A stretch of DNA of 64,000 nt from Lysobacterales bacterium (GTDB lineage: Bacteria; Pseudomonadota; Gammaproteobacteria; Xanthomonadales; SZUA-5): assembly GCA_022844165.1 (NCBI GenBank), contig JALHMH010000006.1:20167-84166 (forward strand), read 5' to 3'. How positions within the stretch are numbered: position 1 is the stretch's first letter; every line of letters starts with the position of its first letter. The translations under genes were made by a program, and so were the position numbers. The notes under the pieces are model-generated. The model worked only from the letters and a program-made list of their open reading frames with translations, was not told where the DNA came from and made no database searches. This document shows positions 19,445-28,046 of the stretch, piece by piece.

Positions 19445-20085
19445 GACCATCCATCGGCAAACGTGGGCGTTTGATTTTTGCCGGTATCGATGCGCTGCTG
19501 CCGTTGCTGGGAATACTCTGCTTCGGCTGGTCGGCCGTGGCTTATGTGATCTGGTTCCTGGCCGACTGTGTGCTCGTGCCAGCGGGTGCAGTCGCCCGCC
19601 GCGTGCAGTTCCAACTCCATGGCTTCGATCCTGGCCCAGAGGCGAATTGGGTGGATCACGCTTCGTTGTGGCTGGCGCCAGTGCTGACGCTGGGTTTGTT
19701 CGCACTGGTCATGGGCGCAGGGCTGGCGGCATTCCTGGTGCCGTTGATTTTGTTTTCCAACTGGTGGCCAGCCATCGTTGCCGCTTGGCACAGCGAGCTG
19801 TTTTTCGCGATCGTTTCCAGCCTGGTGCTCCAAACTTTCGCCACGTTGCGACCCAGCCAGCCGCTGAAATCGATTGAGGCGGCGTTTGCCCAGGAACACC
19901 AAAGCGCATTGCCGTTGGCCTTGGCCTTGATCGTGATGCCAGGCGCCATTGCCGCTGGCGCGGCGCTCGGACAGAGTGGCTTGATGATCGTCGCTACGGT
20001 CGCTTCGGCGCTGCGCCTGGTGTTGGCCTGGTATCAGGAATCGCGCGCGCCCAGCGATGAGTCAGCGCCGCCACGGCGGCGGTGA
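19441..20085 (+). CDS. hypothetical multi-pass membrane protein
   Basis: Five to six hydrophobic helices. The GTG at 19441 overlaps the upstream stop (GTGA). The 3-prime end overlaps the aceE 3-prime end convergently by 24 nt. Confidence 0.5.
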   Translation: MRPSIGKRGRLIFAGIDALLPLLGILCFGWSAVAYVIWFLADCVLVPAGAVARRVQFQLHGFDPGPEANWVDHASLWLAPVLTLGLFALVMGAGLAAFLVPLILFSNWWPAIVAAWHSELFFAIVSSLVLQTFATLRPSQPLKSIEAAFAQEHQSALPLALALIVMPGAIAAGAALGQSGLMIVATVASALRLVLAWYQESRAPSDESAPPRRR

Positions 20086-22959
20086 AGAAGCGCGGGCGTG
20101 GGTCACAATGGCGTGGCCCTCCAAGCGCAATGCATGCCGCGCAGCATTCGCGATCGAATCGGCATCGACTTCGAAAAAGCGCCGCAGCGCCGCGCGCGTG
20201 TCGCTGCGGCCGAAGCCGTCGGTGCCGAGCGTGACGTAGCGGCGTGGCACGAAGGCGCGGATCAGCTCGGGCAGTGCGCGGATGTAATCGCTCGCCGCGA
20301 TCACGGGTCCTGGCAGGTGCTGCAGTTGCTGCGTGACCCACGGTGTGCGCGGCTCGTCGTCGGGCGCGAGGCGCGCGAGGCGTTCGCATTCGATGCCATC
20401 GCGGTGCAGCTCGGTCCAACTGGTCACGCTGAAGACGTAGACGTCGATGCCTTCGGCGCGCAGCGTATCGGCCGCGCGCAGGGCTTGCCCAAGAATCGGG
20501 CCGGAGGCGAGCAGGCTCACGGTGGGTGGCGGTGGCGGATCGTTCGCCGGTTTGGGGCCACGGCGTTTGAGTTTGGCGAGTGCACGCGTTTCGATTTCGC
20601 GGATGCGTTCGCGCGTGACGTCAAACTGCGCAGCGACCTCTTCCAACGTCGTGTCCCCCACGTTGCCGATGTCTATTCCAAGTTTCTCCTTGAGGACGCG
20701 TCGTTCGCGCTCGGATAAGTTGAAGCTCGGCGACAGCCGGTACATACCGCGCAGAACACCATCTCGGACGGACGCGTCTGTTGTTGGCGAGAGCGCGGCA
20801 AGCCAAGCCGCGGGCAGCGACGGCTGCGCCGCATTCTCGTTGCACACCGTCAAGTAATAGAACACATCGTTTTGCTCAACCAACATCTCCTCAATTCCGC
20901 GCTCCACGATCAGCGCCACCTCATACGCAAAAGCCGGATCGTAGGCGCGGCAATTGGGCACGCCAGCAAATCCCAGATGGCTCGATCCATCCTGATGCTG
21001 CAGTCCCTCGCCGCCCAACGTGGTACGTCCGCTGGTCGCGCCGAGCAAGAATCCCCGCGCGCGCTGATCGGCGGCGGCCCAGATCAAATCGCCGACGCGT
21101 TGCCAGCCGAACATCGAGTAGTAGATGTAGAACGGCAGCATCGGCAAATCGTGCGTCGAATAACTGGTCGCCGCTGCGATCCAGGAACTGATCGCGCCGG
21201 CCTCGGAGATGCCTTCTTCCAGGATCTGGCCGCTCTGCGTTTCGCGGTAATAGAGCATCGAGCCCATATCCTCGGGCTCGTACTTCTGGCCGTGCGGCGC
21301 GTAGATGCCGACCTGACGAAACAGACTGGCCATGCCGAAAGTGCGCGCCTCGTCGGCGACAATCGGCACCACGCGCGGGCCGATATGCTCGTCTTTCAGA
21401 AGGTTGCCGAGCATGCGTACGACCGCCATCGTCGTCGACATTTCCTTGCCGTTGGCTTCCAACGCAAATGTCGCAAAGCTCGCCGCGCTGGGCGCCGGCA
21501 ATCTCTCGCTGCTGCGCTGGCGCCGCCGCGGCAGATAGCCGCCGAGCGCCTCGCGGCGCGCGTGCAGATAGCGCAGCTCCGGGCTGTCCGGCGGCGGCGC
21601 GTAAAACTTGACCGCATCGACATCGCTATCGGAGAGCGGCAGCGCGAAACGGTCGCGAAATCCGCGCAGCTCCTCGCTATCGAGCTTTTTCTGCTGATGC
21701 GTGGTCATGCGACCTTGCCCGGCTTTGCCCATGCCGAAACCCTTCATCGTTTTTGCCAGCACCACGGTCGGCTGGCCGCGATGCGCAATTGCTGCCGCAT
21801 AGGCCGCATGCAGCTTGCGCGCATCGTGCCCGCCGCGGCGCAGGCGATCGATATCGGCGTCCGACAAACCATCGATCAGTCGCGTCAACTCCGAGCTTTG
21901 GCCAAAGAAGCGCTCGCGGTTGTAGGCGCCATCGTTCGCCGAAAACGTCTGGAACTGGCCATCGACCGTTTGTGCGAACGCGCGCAGCAATTCGCCGCTG
22001 CTATCGCGCGCGAACAGCGCGTCCCAATCCGATCCCCACAACACTTTGATCACATGCCAGCCGGCGCCGGTGAACAGCGCCTCCAACTCGTCGATCACGC
22101 GCGAATTGCCGCGCACCGGACCATCGAGCCGCTGCAGATTGCAGTTGATCACGAAAGTCAGATTGTCGAGGCCTTCGCGCGCAGCGAGCGACAGAGCGCC
22201 GATCGACTCGGGTTCGTCCATCTCGCCATCGCCAAAAAAACCCCAGACGCGACGCCCTCCGCCGGCGTGCAATCCACGGTGCTCCAGATAACGCAGAAAT
22301 CGCGCCTGATAAATCGCGTTGATCGGGCCCAGGCCCATGGAGCCGGTCGGGAACTGCCAGAAGTCCGGCATCAGCCATGGGTGCGGATAGGAGCACAGTC
22401 CGGGTTGATCAATCTCGCGTCGATAGTGATGCAAGCGCGATTCCGGCAAGTAGCCTTCCAAATAAGCCCGCGCATACACACCGGGCGCCGAATGCGGCTG
22501 CAGGAACACCAGATCGCTGCCGTCGGGATGTTCGGGGCCTTTGAAGAAGTGATGAAAGCCGACCTCGAACAAATCCGCCGCCGACGCGTAGGAGGCGATA
22601 TGACCACCCAACTCGCCAGCTTCGGTATTGGCGCGCACCACCATGGCCAGCGCGTTCCAACGCATCGCCGCATTGAGCCGTGCTTCCAGATCCAGATCTC
22701 CCGGATACGGCGGTTCCGCGCTGCGAGGAATGGTGTTGCAATAAGGCGTGATACGCGCCCGCGCCGAGTTCACACCGCGCGTCAAAGCGTGATCGGCGAG
22801 CCGGTCGAACAAGTACTGCGCGCGTGCCTTGCCGCCGCGCGCGACGACGCTATCGAGCGCCTCTAACCACTCCTGCGTCTCCGCCGGATCGTCGTCCATC
22901 GCGCTCGATGCGATCGCCAGTGCGCGTATCGCTGCGGGTGGGAAATCGGCTGGTTGCAT
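20062..22959 (-). CDS. aceE: pyruvate dehydrogenase E1 component (homodimeric type) carrying an in-frame ~60-aa insertion
   Basis: [15 protein letters not shown] N-terminus, ThDP motif [12 protein letters not shown], C-terminal [14 protein letters not shown]. Start is either ATG 22959 or ATG 22899; the track start 23094 is unlikely. Confidence 0.9.
   Translation of the reverse strand: [965 protein letters not shown]
20521..20730 (-). other. sigma-70 region 4 (4.2 HTH)-like segment plus Pro-rich linker embedded in aceE
   Basis: [54 protein letters not shown] matches the RpoD C-terminal pattern (L..RE..VL...G.......TLEEV...F.[12 protein letters not shown].KL). It is followed by [12 protein letters not shown]. 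It sits where E. coli AceE has only a ~10-aa loop (YKL-ETIEGSKGK-VQLLGSG). Confidence 0.8.
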
Positions 22960-23051
22960 GGCGATGCTCTGCGGTGAACTGGCGCGAAGCATAGTGTGGC
23001 GGAGACTCGATGCGACTGGCCGCTTGTGCGATGGGCGTGCGCACGTCAAAC

Positions 23052-23555
23052 TCAGCTTAACCAGCGACGAGCGTCCTTTAACAACAACAGCCACTGCTGT
23101 GGCCGCAGTGGCGAAACGACGAACCCAAAGCGCGAGTAGAACTTTTCCGCACCTTCATCGATAGGGTGCGTCAGAATCGCGCGGATACCTGCCTGTTCGG
23201 CAACTTTCATTGTGCGGCGGATTGCATCTTGCAGCAATCCGATTCCGATTCCACGCCCGTGCCGGTGCTGCGACACCGCCAATCGCGCCAGAATCACGAC
23301 AGGAATCGGATATTGCCCCAGCCCTTTGCGGATGCGTTCGGGTACCTCCAGCACATCGACCTGGCCGACAGTCAAGCTGTAGTAGCCGACCACACGAGCA
23401 TCGTCAGAAACGACGAAGGTCTTGGCCGACCCGCTGGCTTGCGCTTGTCTGGCGTGGCGCGTCAACCAATCGTTGAGCGAGTGTTTGCCGCAGTCAAATC
23501 CTTCGAGAGTGTGGCCCGCATTCAGCGGCTCGGGTTCGCGCAAAATCACGCCCAA
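23052..23555 (-). CDS. GNAT-family acetyltransferase toxin (TacT/KacT-like)
   Basis: 167 aa. LEGFDCGKHSLNDWL followed by the GNAT core (RHGRGIGIGLL). Overlaps the upstream DUF1778-type gene by 10 nt. Confidence 0.85.
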   Translation of the reverse strand: MGVILREPEPLNAGHTLEGFDCGKHSLNDWLTRHARQAQASGSAKTFVVSDDARVVGYYSLTVGQVDVLEVPERIRKGLGQYPIPVVILARLAVSQHRHGRGIGIGLLQDAIRRTMKVAEQAGIRAILTHPIDEGAEKFYSRFGFVVSPLRPQQWLLLLKDARRWLS

Positions 23556-23833
23556 GGCGCCTTGCGCGAAAACAAATCGCGCAAGCCCTCATTAACCTGT
23601 TCGGGTTGCTCCAGCAGCGTCAACAGCGCTTGGTACTCGCTGCCAGTGACCATAAATATCCGCTGGTCCAGCAAAGTTTGCTCGGCCGCCAAACAAGCAC
23701 TGTCGAGAATGAAGTCCGTTAGCGACTTGTGCGCCAACTCAGCTGCACGGCGCAGTACAAGCTCTTGTTGTTGAGTAGCGCGTAGCCCCAAACGAGCAGT
23801 TCGAGCCGAAGGTGAAGGAGCGACTACGTTCAT
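23546..23833 (-). CDS. DUF1778-family antitoxin (TacA/KacA-like)
   Basis: About 95 aa ribbon-helix-helix-type partner (RLGLRATQQQELVLRRAAELAHKSLTDFILDSA). ATG 23833 is preferred over track start 23887. Confidence 0.8.
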   Translation of the reverse strand: MNVVAPSPSARTARLGLRATQQQELVLRRAAELAHKSLTDFILDSACLAAEQTLLDQRIFMVTGSEYQALLTLLEQPEQVNEGLRDLFSRKAPWA

Positions 23834-23960
23834 GACTATTCTGATCGTTAATGCAGTCGCTATGTTAGTACAAATGACAAACATCATCCAGCGTGTACTT
23901 CAACGACGAACAACTGGGTATCGTCGCAATCACTAGAGCATCGCTCAAGGAGCAGATCGT

Positions 23961-25349
23961 ATGGCCACCATCCAATTCTTCGGCGCCGCTGGCGAAGTCA
24001 CCGGCTCCAGCCATTTGCTGCGCGCAGCGGGCAAGAAGATCCTGCTCGACTGCGGGATGATTCAGGGCGGGCGCGAGGAGGACGAGCGCAACCGCGAGCG
24101 CTTCGGCTTCGCGCCGGACGATCTCGATGCGATGATTCTCAGCCACGCGCATATCGATCACTGCGGGCGTTTGCCGCTGCTGGTCAAACGCGGTTTCACC
24201 GGACGCATCTTTACGCACCGCGCGACTGCAGACTTGTGCCAGATCATGCTCGAAGATGCGGCACGTCTGGCGGCGGCAGACGTCGAGTACGAAAACGAGC
24301 ATCGAGCGCGGCGAGGCCTCGCTCCTATCGAACCGCTCTATGATTTGAGCGATGTGTCGGCGGTGCTTGCACAGTTGACGCCCGTCGATTACCGGCAGCG
24401 CTTCGAGGTGTTCCCCGGTATTGAGGCGCGCCTGTCGGATGCCGGGCACATCCTCGGCGCGGCGATTGTCGAGGTCTTTATTCGAGAGGGCGACTCCGAG
24501 CGGACGCTGGTATTCAGCGGCGACATCGGCCCAGATCACACGCCGATCATTGCCGATCCGACGCCCATCGAACATGCCGACATGGTGCTCATGGAATCCA
24601 CCTACGGCGACCGATTGCATCGCAATCGCGGCGACACGGTGCGTGAGATCGGTGAGGTACTCGACGCCGCCGAACGCACCGGCGGTAACGTCATCATTCC
24701 GGCATTTGCTGTGGGCCGCAGCCAGGAGCTACTTTACTGGTTCACGAAAATGTATGAGGAGTGGAACCTCAAGCGCTGGCGCATTTATCTCGACAGCCCG
24801 ATGGCGACAAAGGTCACCGGCGTTTACAAACGCCACCGCTATCTGTTCGACGAGCAAGCACGCGAAATGCTCGGCAATCGCGACCCGTTCAATCTGCCGA
24901 ACTTGCACTTCGTTGAATCTCTGGATGCTTCGCGCGCGATCAACAAACAAACGCACGGTGCAATCATCATCGCCGGCAGCGGCATGGCCAACGGCGGGCG
25001 CGTGCGCCATCACTTGAAACACAATTTATGGCGCAAAGGTGCGCACGTGATGATCGTCGGTTATCAGGCACACAACACGCTCGGCAGGCAACTTGTCGAC
25101 GGTCGTAAGACCGTGCGGATATTCAACGAAGTGATCAAGGTCAATGCCGAGATCCACACCGTCGGCGGCCTCTCGGCCCACGCCGATCAAGCCGGGCTGA
25201 TGAAGTGGTACGGGCATTTCAAATCGCGCCCACCGGTGTATCTGGTGCACGGCGAAGATCCGGCGCGACAAGTACTGGCTGAAAAACTGCGCAGCACTTA
25301 CGGCTGCGATGCCTGGGGTGCGGCACCGGGTTTACAGCGCGAGATTTAG
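23961..25349 (+). CDS. MBL-fold beta-CASP RNA-metabolising hydrolase (RNase J/CPSF-like)
   Basis: FGAAGEVTGSSHLL, HAHIDHCGRLP (HxHxDH), and C-terminal beta-CASP motifs (SAHAD). Confidence 0.85.
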   Translation: MATIQFFGAAGEVTGSSHLLRAAGKKILLDCGMIQGGREEDERNRERFGFAPDDLDAMILSHAHIDHCGRLPLLVKRGFTGRIFTHRATADLCQIMLEDAARLAAADVEYENEHRARRGLAPIEPLYDLSDVSAVLAQLTPVDYRQRFEVFPGIEARLSDAGHILGAAIVEVFIREGDSERTLVFSGDIGPDHTPIIADPTPIEHADMVLMESTYGDRLHRNRGDTVREIGEVLDAAERTGGNVIIPAFAVGRSQELLYWFTKMYEEWNLKRWRIYLDSPMATKVTGVYKRHRYLFDEQAREMLGNRDPFNLPNLHFVESLDASRAINKQTHGAIIIAGSGMANGGRVRHHLKHNLWRKGAHVMIVGYQAHNTLGRQLVDGRKTVRIFNEVIKVNAEIHTVGGLSAHADQAGLMKWYGHFKSRPPVYLVHGEDPARQVLAEKLRSTYGCDAWGAAPGLQREI

Positions 25350-25404
25350 CAGGTTTTGAGAAACAGCCTGCTGGTGCGAACCATGGAGGGTTCGCACATG
25401 GATC
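25349..25404 (-). repeat. family A repeat, partial copy (3-prime third), inverted orientation
   Basis: The reverse complement matches gatccatg.gcgaacc.tcc.tggttcgc.cc.gcaggc.gtttctcaa of copies at 2169-2225 and 31020-31076. Confidence 0.75.
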
Positions 25405-25650
25405 TTGAGTCCTTGACGGAGCCGGATCTGTACATTTGAGTCAAATTTTCTGCGCAACGGCTTTGGCAGTTGAAGCCCCCTTGAGTACAAGGGGGGTGAG
25501 GATCGGCGCTTACACGCCGCAAGGCGTGTGCCGAGACGAACGACCGGCGGCTGTGCCGCCGGGCCGGAAATGCGGAGCGCGGGGCTGTGGCGAGCACGCT
25601 GTCGGACGAAGCCAGCAATGCTCGGCGGTCCGAGGCGAAGCCTCGCTAGC
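25405..25650 (+). repeat. MITE/REP-like element, family B, long copy
   Basis: The 5-prime module (agtccttga..gccggatct.t.catttgagtcaaattttc..ggctttggc.gttgaagcccccttgagtacaaggggg) and the 3-prime module (gaagcca.caatgctcggcggtc.gaggcgaagcctcgctag) are shared with 39137-39317. Contains the perfect hairpin cccccttg-agta-caaggggg. Confidence 0.85.
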
Positions 25651-25775
25651 AAGTCAGTGCGTTGCTCAACATAGGGCTGGGGCCGACTGTGGTGATCCGG
25701 CCCCAATGTTCGCGCGTTGCGAAGTGCCGGTGCGGACTTTGTGCATTCGCCACCGCGTTCGAGGCAGGGTCGAGA

Positions 25776-26681
25776 TCACCGGTCGACCTCGGCCTGCGTA
25801 AATCGTTCAGCCAAGAAGTCCAGTAGCGCTCGTACGGCAGGCAGCAAGTTTCGGGTGCTTGGCAGCACGGCGTGCACGAGGTGCGTTGGCAGTTTCCATT
25901 CGGGCAAAACGACAATCAGTTGGCCGTTTGCGAGCGCATCGCGAACCAGGACGCGCGGCAATTGCGCGACACCGACACCGGCGATCGCTGCGTCGAACAG
26001 CGTGCGCATATCATCGGTAATCAGTCGCGGCTGGTGGCGTATCGCGGCGTTTGCGCCGTTGGTATCGGCGAGCTCGAAACGATAGTCGTGTCGCAAGGGG
26101 CCGTTGTCGAGCGTCGGTGCGTGTCCCAGATCGGCCGGCACCGAAATGGCGTAACGCTCAAGCAAGGCCCCACTGGCGACCAGACACTGCTCGCGCCGGG
26201 CCAATACTCTGAGCACCAGATCGCTGTCTTTGAGCGGTGGCGTGCGCACGCGCAGGGCCACATCGAAGCCTTCGCCGATCACATCCACGGCACGATTGGT
26301 CGCCTGCAAGTGCACCGTCACGCGTGGGCACTGCGCGAGGAACTCGGACAGCATCGGCCCAACATCAGCATGCAGCAGCGCAATCGGGCAGCTCATGCGC
26401 ACCAGGCCGCGCGGCTCGGCGCGCATCGCATCAATGGATTCCTGAGCGGCTTCGGCTTCTACCAGCATCGCTTTGCAATGCGCATAGAAGCGCTGTCCAG
26501 CGTCTGTTGTGGAGAATCTACGCGTCGAACGTTGAACCAGCCGCAGCCCAAGTCGCTCCTCCAAAAATGCCAGGCGGCGGCTGAGCTTGGATTTCGGGAT
26601 GCCCAACGCGCGGGACGCGGGGGCAAAGCCACCGTGGTCCACGGCCATTGCAAAGTAGTACAGATCGTTGAGATCGAGCAT
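25776..26681 (-). CDS. LysR-family transcriptional regulator
   Basis: N-terminal HTH (MLDLNDLYYFAMAVDHGGFAPASRALGIPKSKLSRRL) plus a LysR substrate-binding domain. Divergent from the pirin gene. Confidence 0.9.
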   Translation of the reverse strand: MLDLNDLYYFAMAVDHGGFAPASRALGIPKSKLSRRLAFLEERLGLRLVQRSTRRFSTTDAGQRFYAHCKAMLVEAEAAQESIDAMRAEPRGLVRMSCPIALLHADVGPMLSEFLAQCPRVTVHLQATNRAVDVIGEGFDVALRVRTPPLKDSDLVLRVLARREQCLVASGALLERYAISVPADLGHAPTLDNGPLRHDYRFELADTNGANAAIRHQPRLITDDMRTLFDAAIAGVGVAQLPRVLVRDALANGQLIVVLPEWKLPTHLVHAVLPSTRNLLPAVRALLDFLAERFTQAEVDR

Positions 26682-26806
26682 GTAGTCGTCCCATAGATGG
26701 AACAATGAGTGTACTTTTTGACGACTACTCGCACCATTGGCCTGGCGATAGATTTCTCACGACGCGAAACGGCACCAATGGGTGCCCGCGCAACAGGAGT
26801 TCGATC

Positions 26807-27664
26807 ATGAAGAAAGTCGTCGCTGTCTACAGCGCGCCTCGTCCGCATTGGGTGGGCGATGGTTTCCAGGTGCGCTCGTTGATTTCGTACAACGCGCACG
26901 GTCAGCACGTCAGCCCGTTTCTGCTGCTCGATCACGCCGCGCCCACGCAGTTCGCCCCGGCTGCTCGAAAGCGCGGCGTTGGCGTGCATCCGCACCGGGG
27001 TTTCGAGACGGTCACGATCGTCTATCAGGGTGAAGTCGACCATCGCGACTCCACCGGCGCTGGCGGACACATTGGGCCGGGCGATGTGCAGTGGATGACC
27101 GCGGGATCGGGCATCCTGCACGAGGAGTTTCACTCCGAGACGTTTACCCGACAAGGCGGCACCCTGGAGATGGTGCAGTTGTGGGTGAACCTTCCAGCAA
27201 AAGACAAAATGACGCAACCTGGCTATCAGACGCTGCGTGACGCGGCGATTCCCGACGTCGCGCTGGACGATGTCGGGCGAGTGCGCGTCATCGCCGGCCA
27301 ATTCCAGAGTCACCAGGGACCGGCGCGTACATTCACGCCGATCGACCTTTGGGATGTGCGGCTCAACGCGGGCAAGCGCAGCGAGTTTTGCCTGCCGAAA
27401 GGCCGCACGCTGGCGCTCGTTGCATTGTCTGGCACGGTGCAAATGAACGATAGCGAGTTGCTGCGCGAAGGCCAGTTCGCGCAGTTCACCAAGAATGGCG
27501 AAACTTTCAGCGTTGAGGCAAACAACGACGCCAGGCTTTTGGTACTGAGTGGCGCGCCTATCGAAGAACCCATCGTCGGCTACGGGCCGTTCGTGATGAA
27601 CACGCATGCAGAAATCGCACAGGCCATCGACGATTTCAACGCAGGCAAATTCGGGCAGATGTAG
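26807..27664 (+). CDS. pirin-family protein
   Basis: HPHRGFETVT cupin metal motif. ATG 26807 is preceded by caggag. Confidence 0.9.
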   Translation: MKKVVAVYSAPRPHWVGDGFQVRSLISYNAHGQHVSPFLLLDHAAPTQFAPAARKRGVGVHPHRGFETVTIVYQGEVDHRDSTGAGGHIGPGDVQWMTAGSGILHEEFHSETFTRQGGTLEMVQLWVNLPAKDKMTQPGYQTLRDAAIPDVALDDVGRVRVIAGQFQSHQGPARTFTPIDLWDVRLNAGKRSEFCLPKGRTLALVALSGTVQMNDSELLREGQFAQFTKNGETFSVEANNDARLLVLSGAPIEEPIVGYGPFVMNTHAEIAQAIDDFNAGKFGQM

Positions 27665-28046
27665 GCAGCCTACGGCGCCGCACTGGCGGCGCCCGCGGCG
27701 GTTGATACTCGCTGGAGCGGATACTCTCGCGAACATGCCTCCGTTGCGCGCTCGCCGTGCCCATCGTTCGTGTCCGCGACCTTGCGGACGCGAGGATTGC
27801 GCGACATCGCCGCGCTCGGCTGCGCTGTACCAACAACGCTCTCTTTGAGGGGCAGTCGATGCTTTCAGTACCTTGCGCACACGTATGCAAACCGCTGTGC
27901 CGTCATGAATACGATTACAGCTAGACCAACTACTCTAGCGTCGCAGCTACCATCCCGGCCTCGTTAGCACTTCGTTAACGCGGTTTCATTTTTGGCCTGA
28001 ATGCTCGGTCGTGAGCGCATCGGCCAGCATCGAGAAGGGAGGAGTG

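Noticed and set aside
20872-22866. 664-aa plus-strand ORF antisense to aceE
   Set aside because: The opposite strand encodes an unmistakable AceE. The translation is low-complexity and Arg/Ala-rich with no recognisable motifs.
27674-27693. Perfect 8-bp hairpin (ggcgccgc-actg-gcggcgcc) after the pirin gene as an intrinsic terminator
   Set aside because: No downstream T-tract. GC-rich hairpins are frequent by chance in this composition.
27665-28046. Riboswitch (e.g. cobalamin) in the long leader of the TonB-dependent receptor
   Set aside because: I could not recognise any conserved riboswitch core sequence by eye. This needs an Rfam/Infernal scan to exclude properly.
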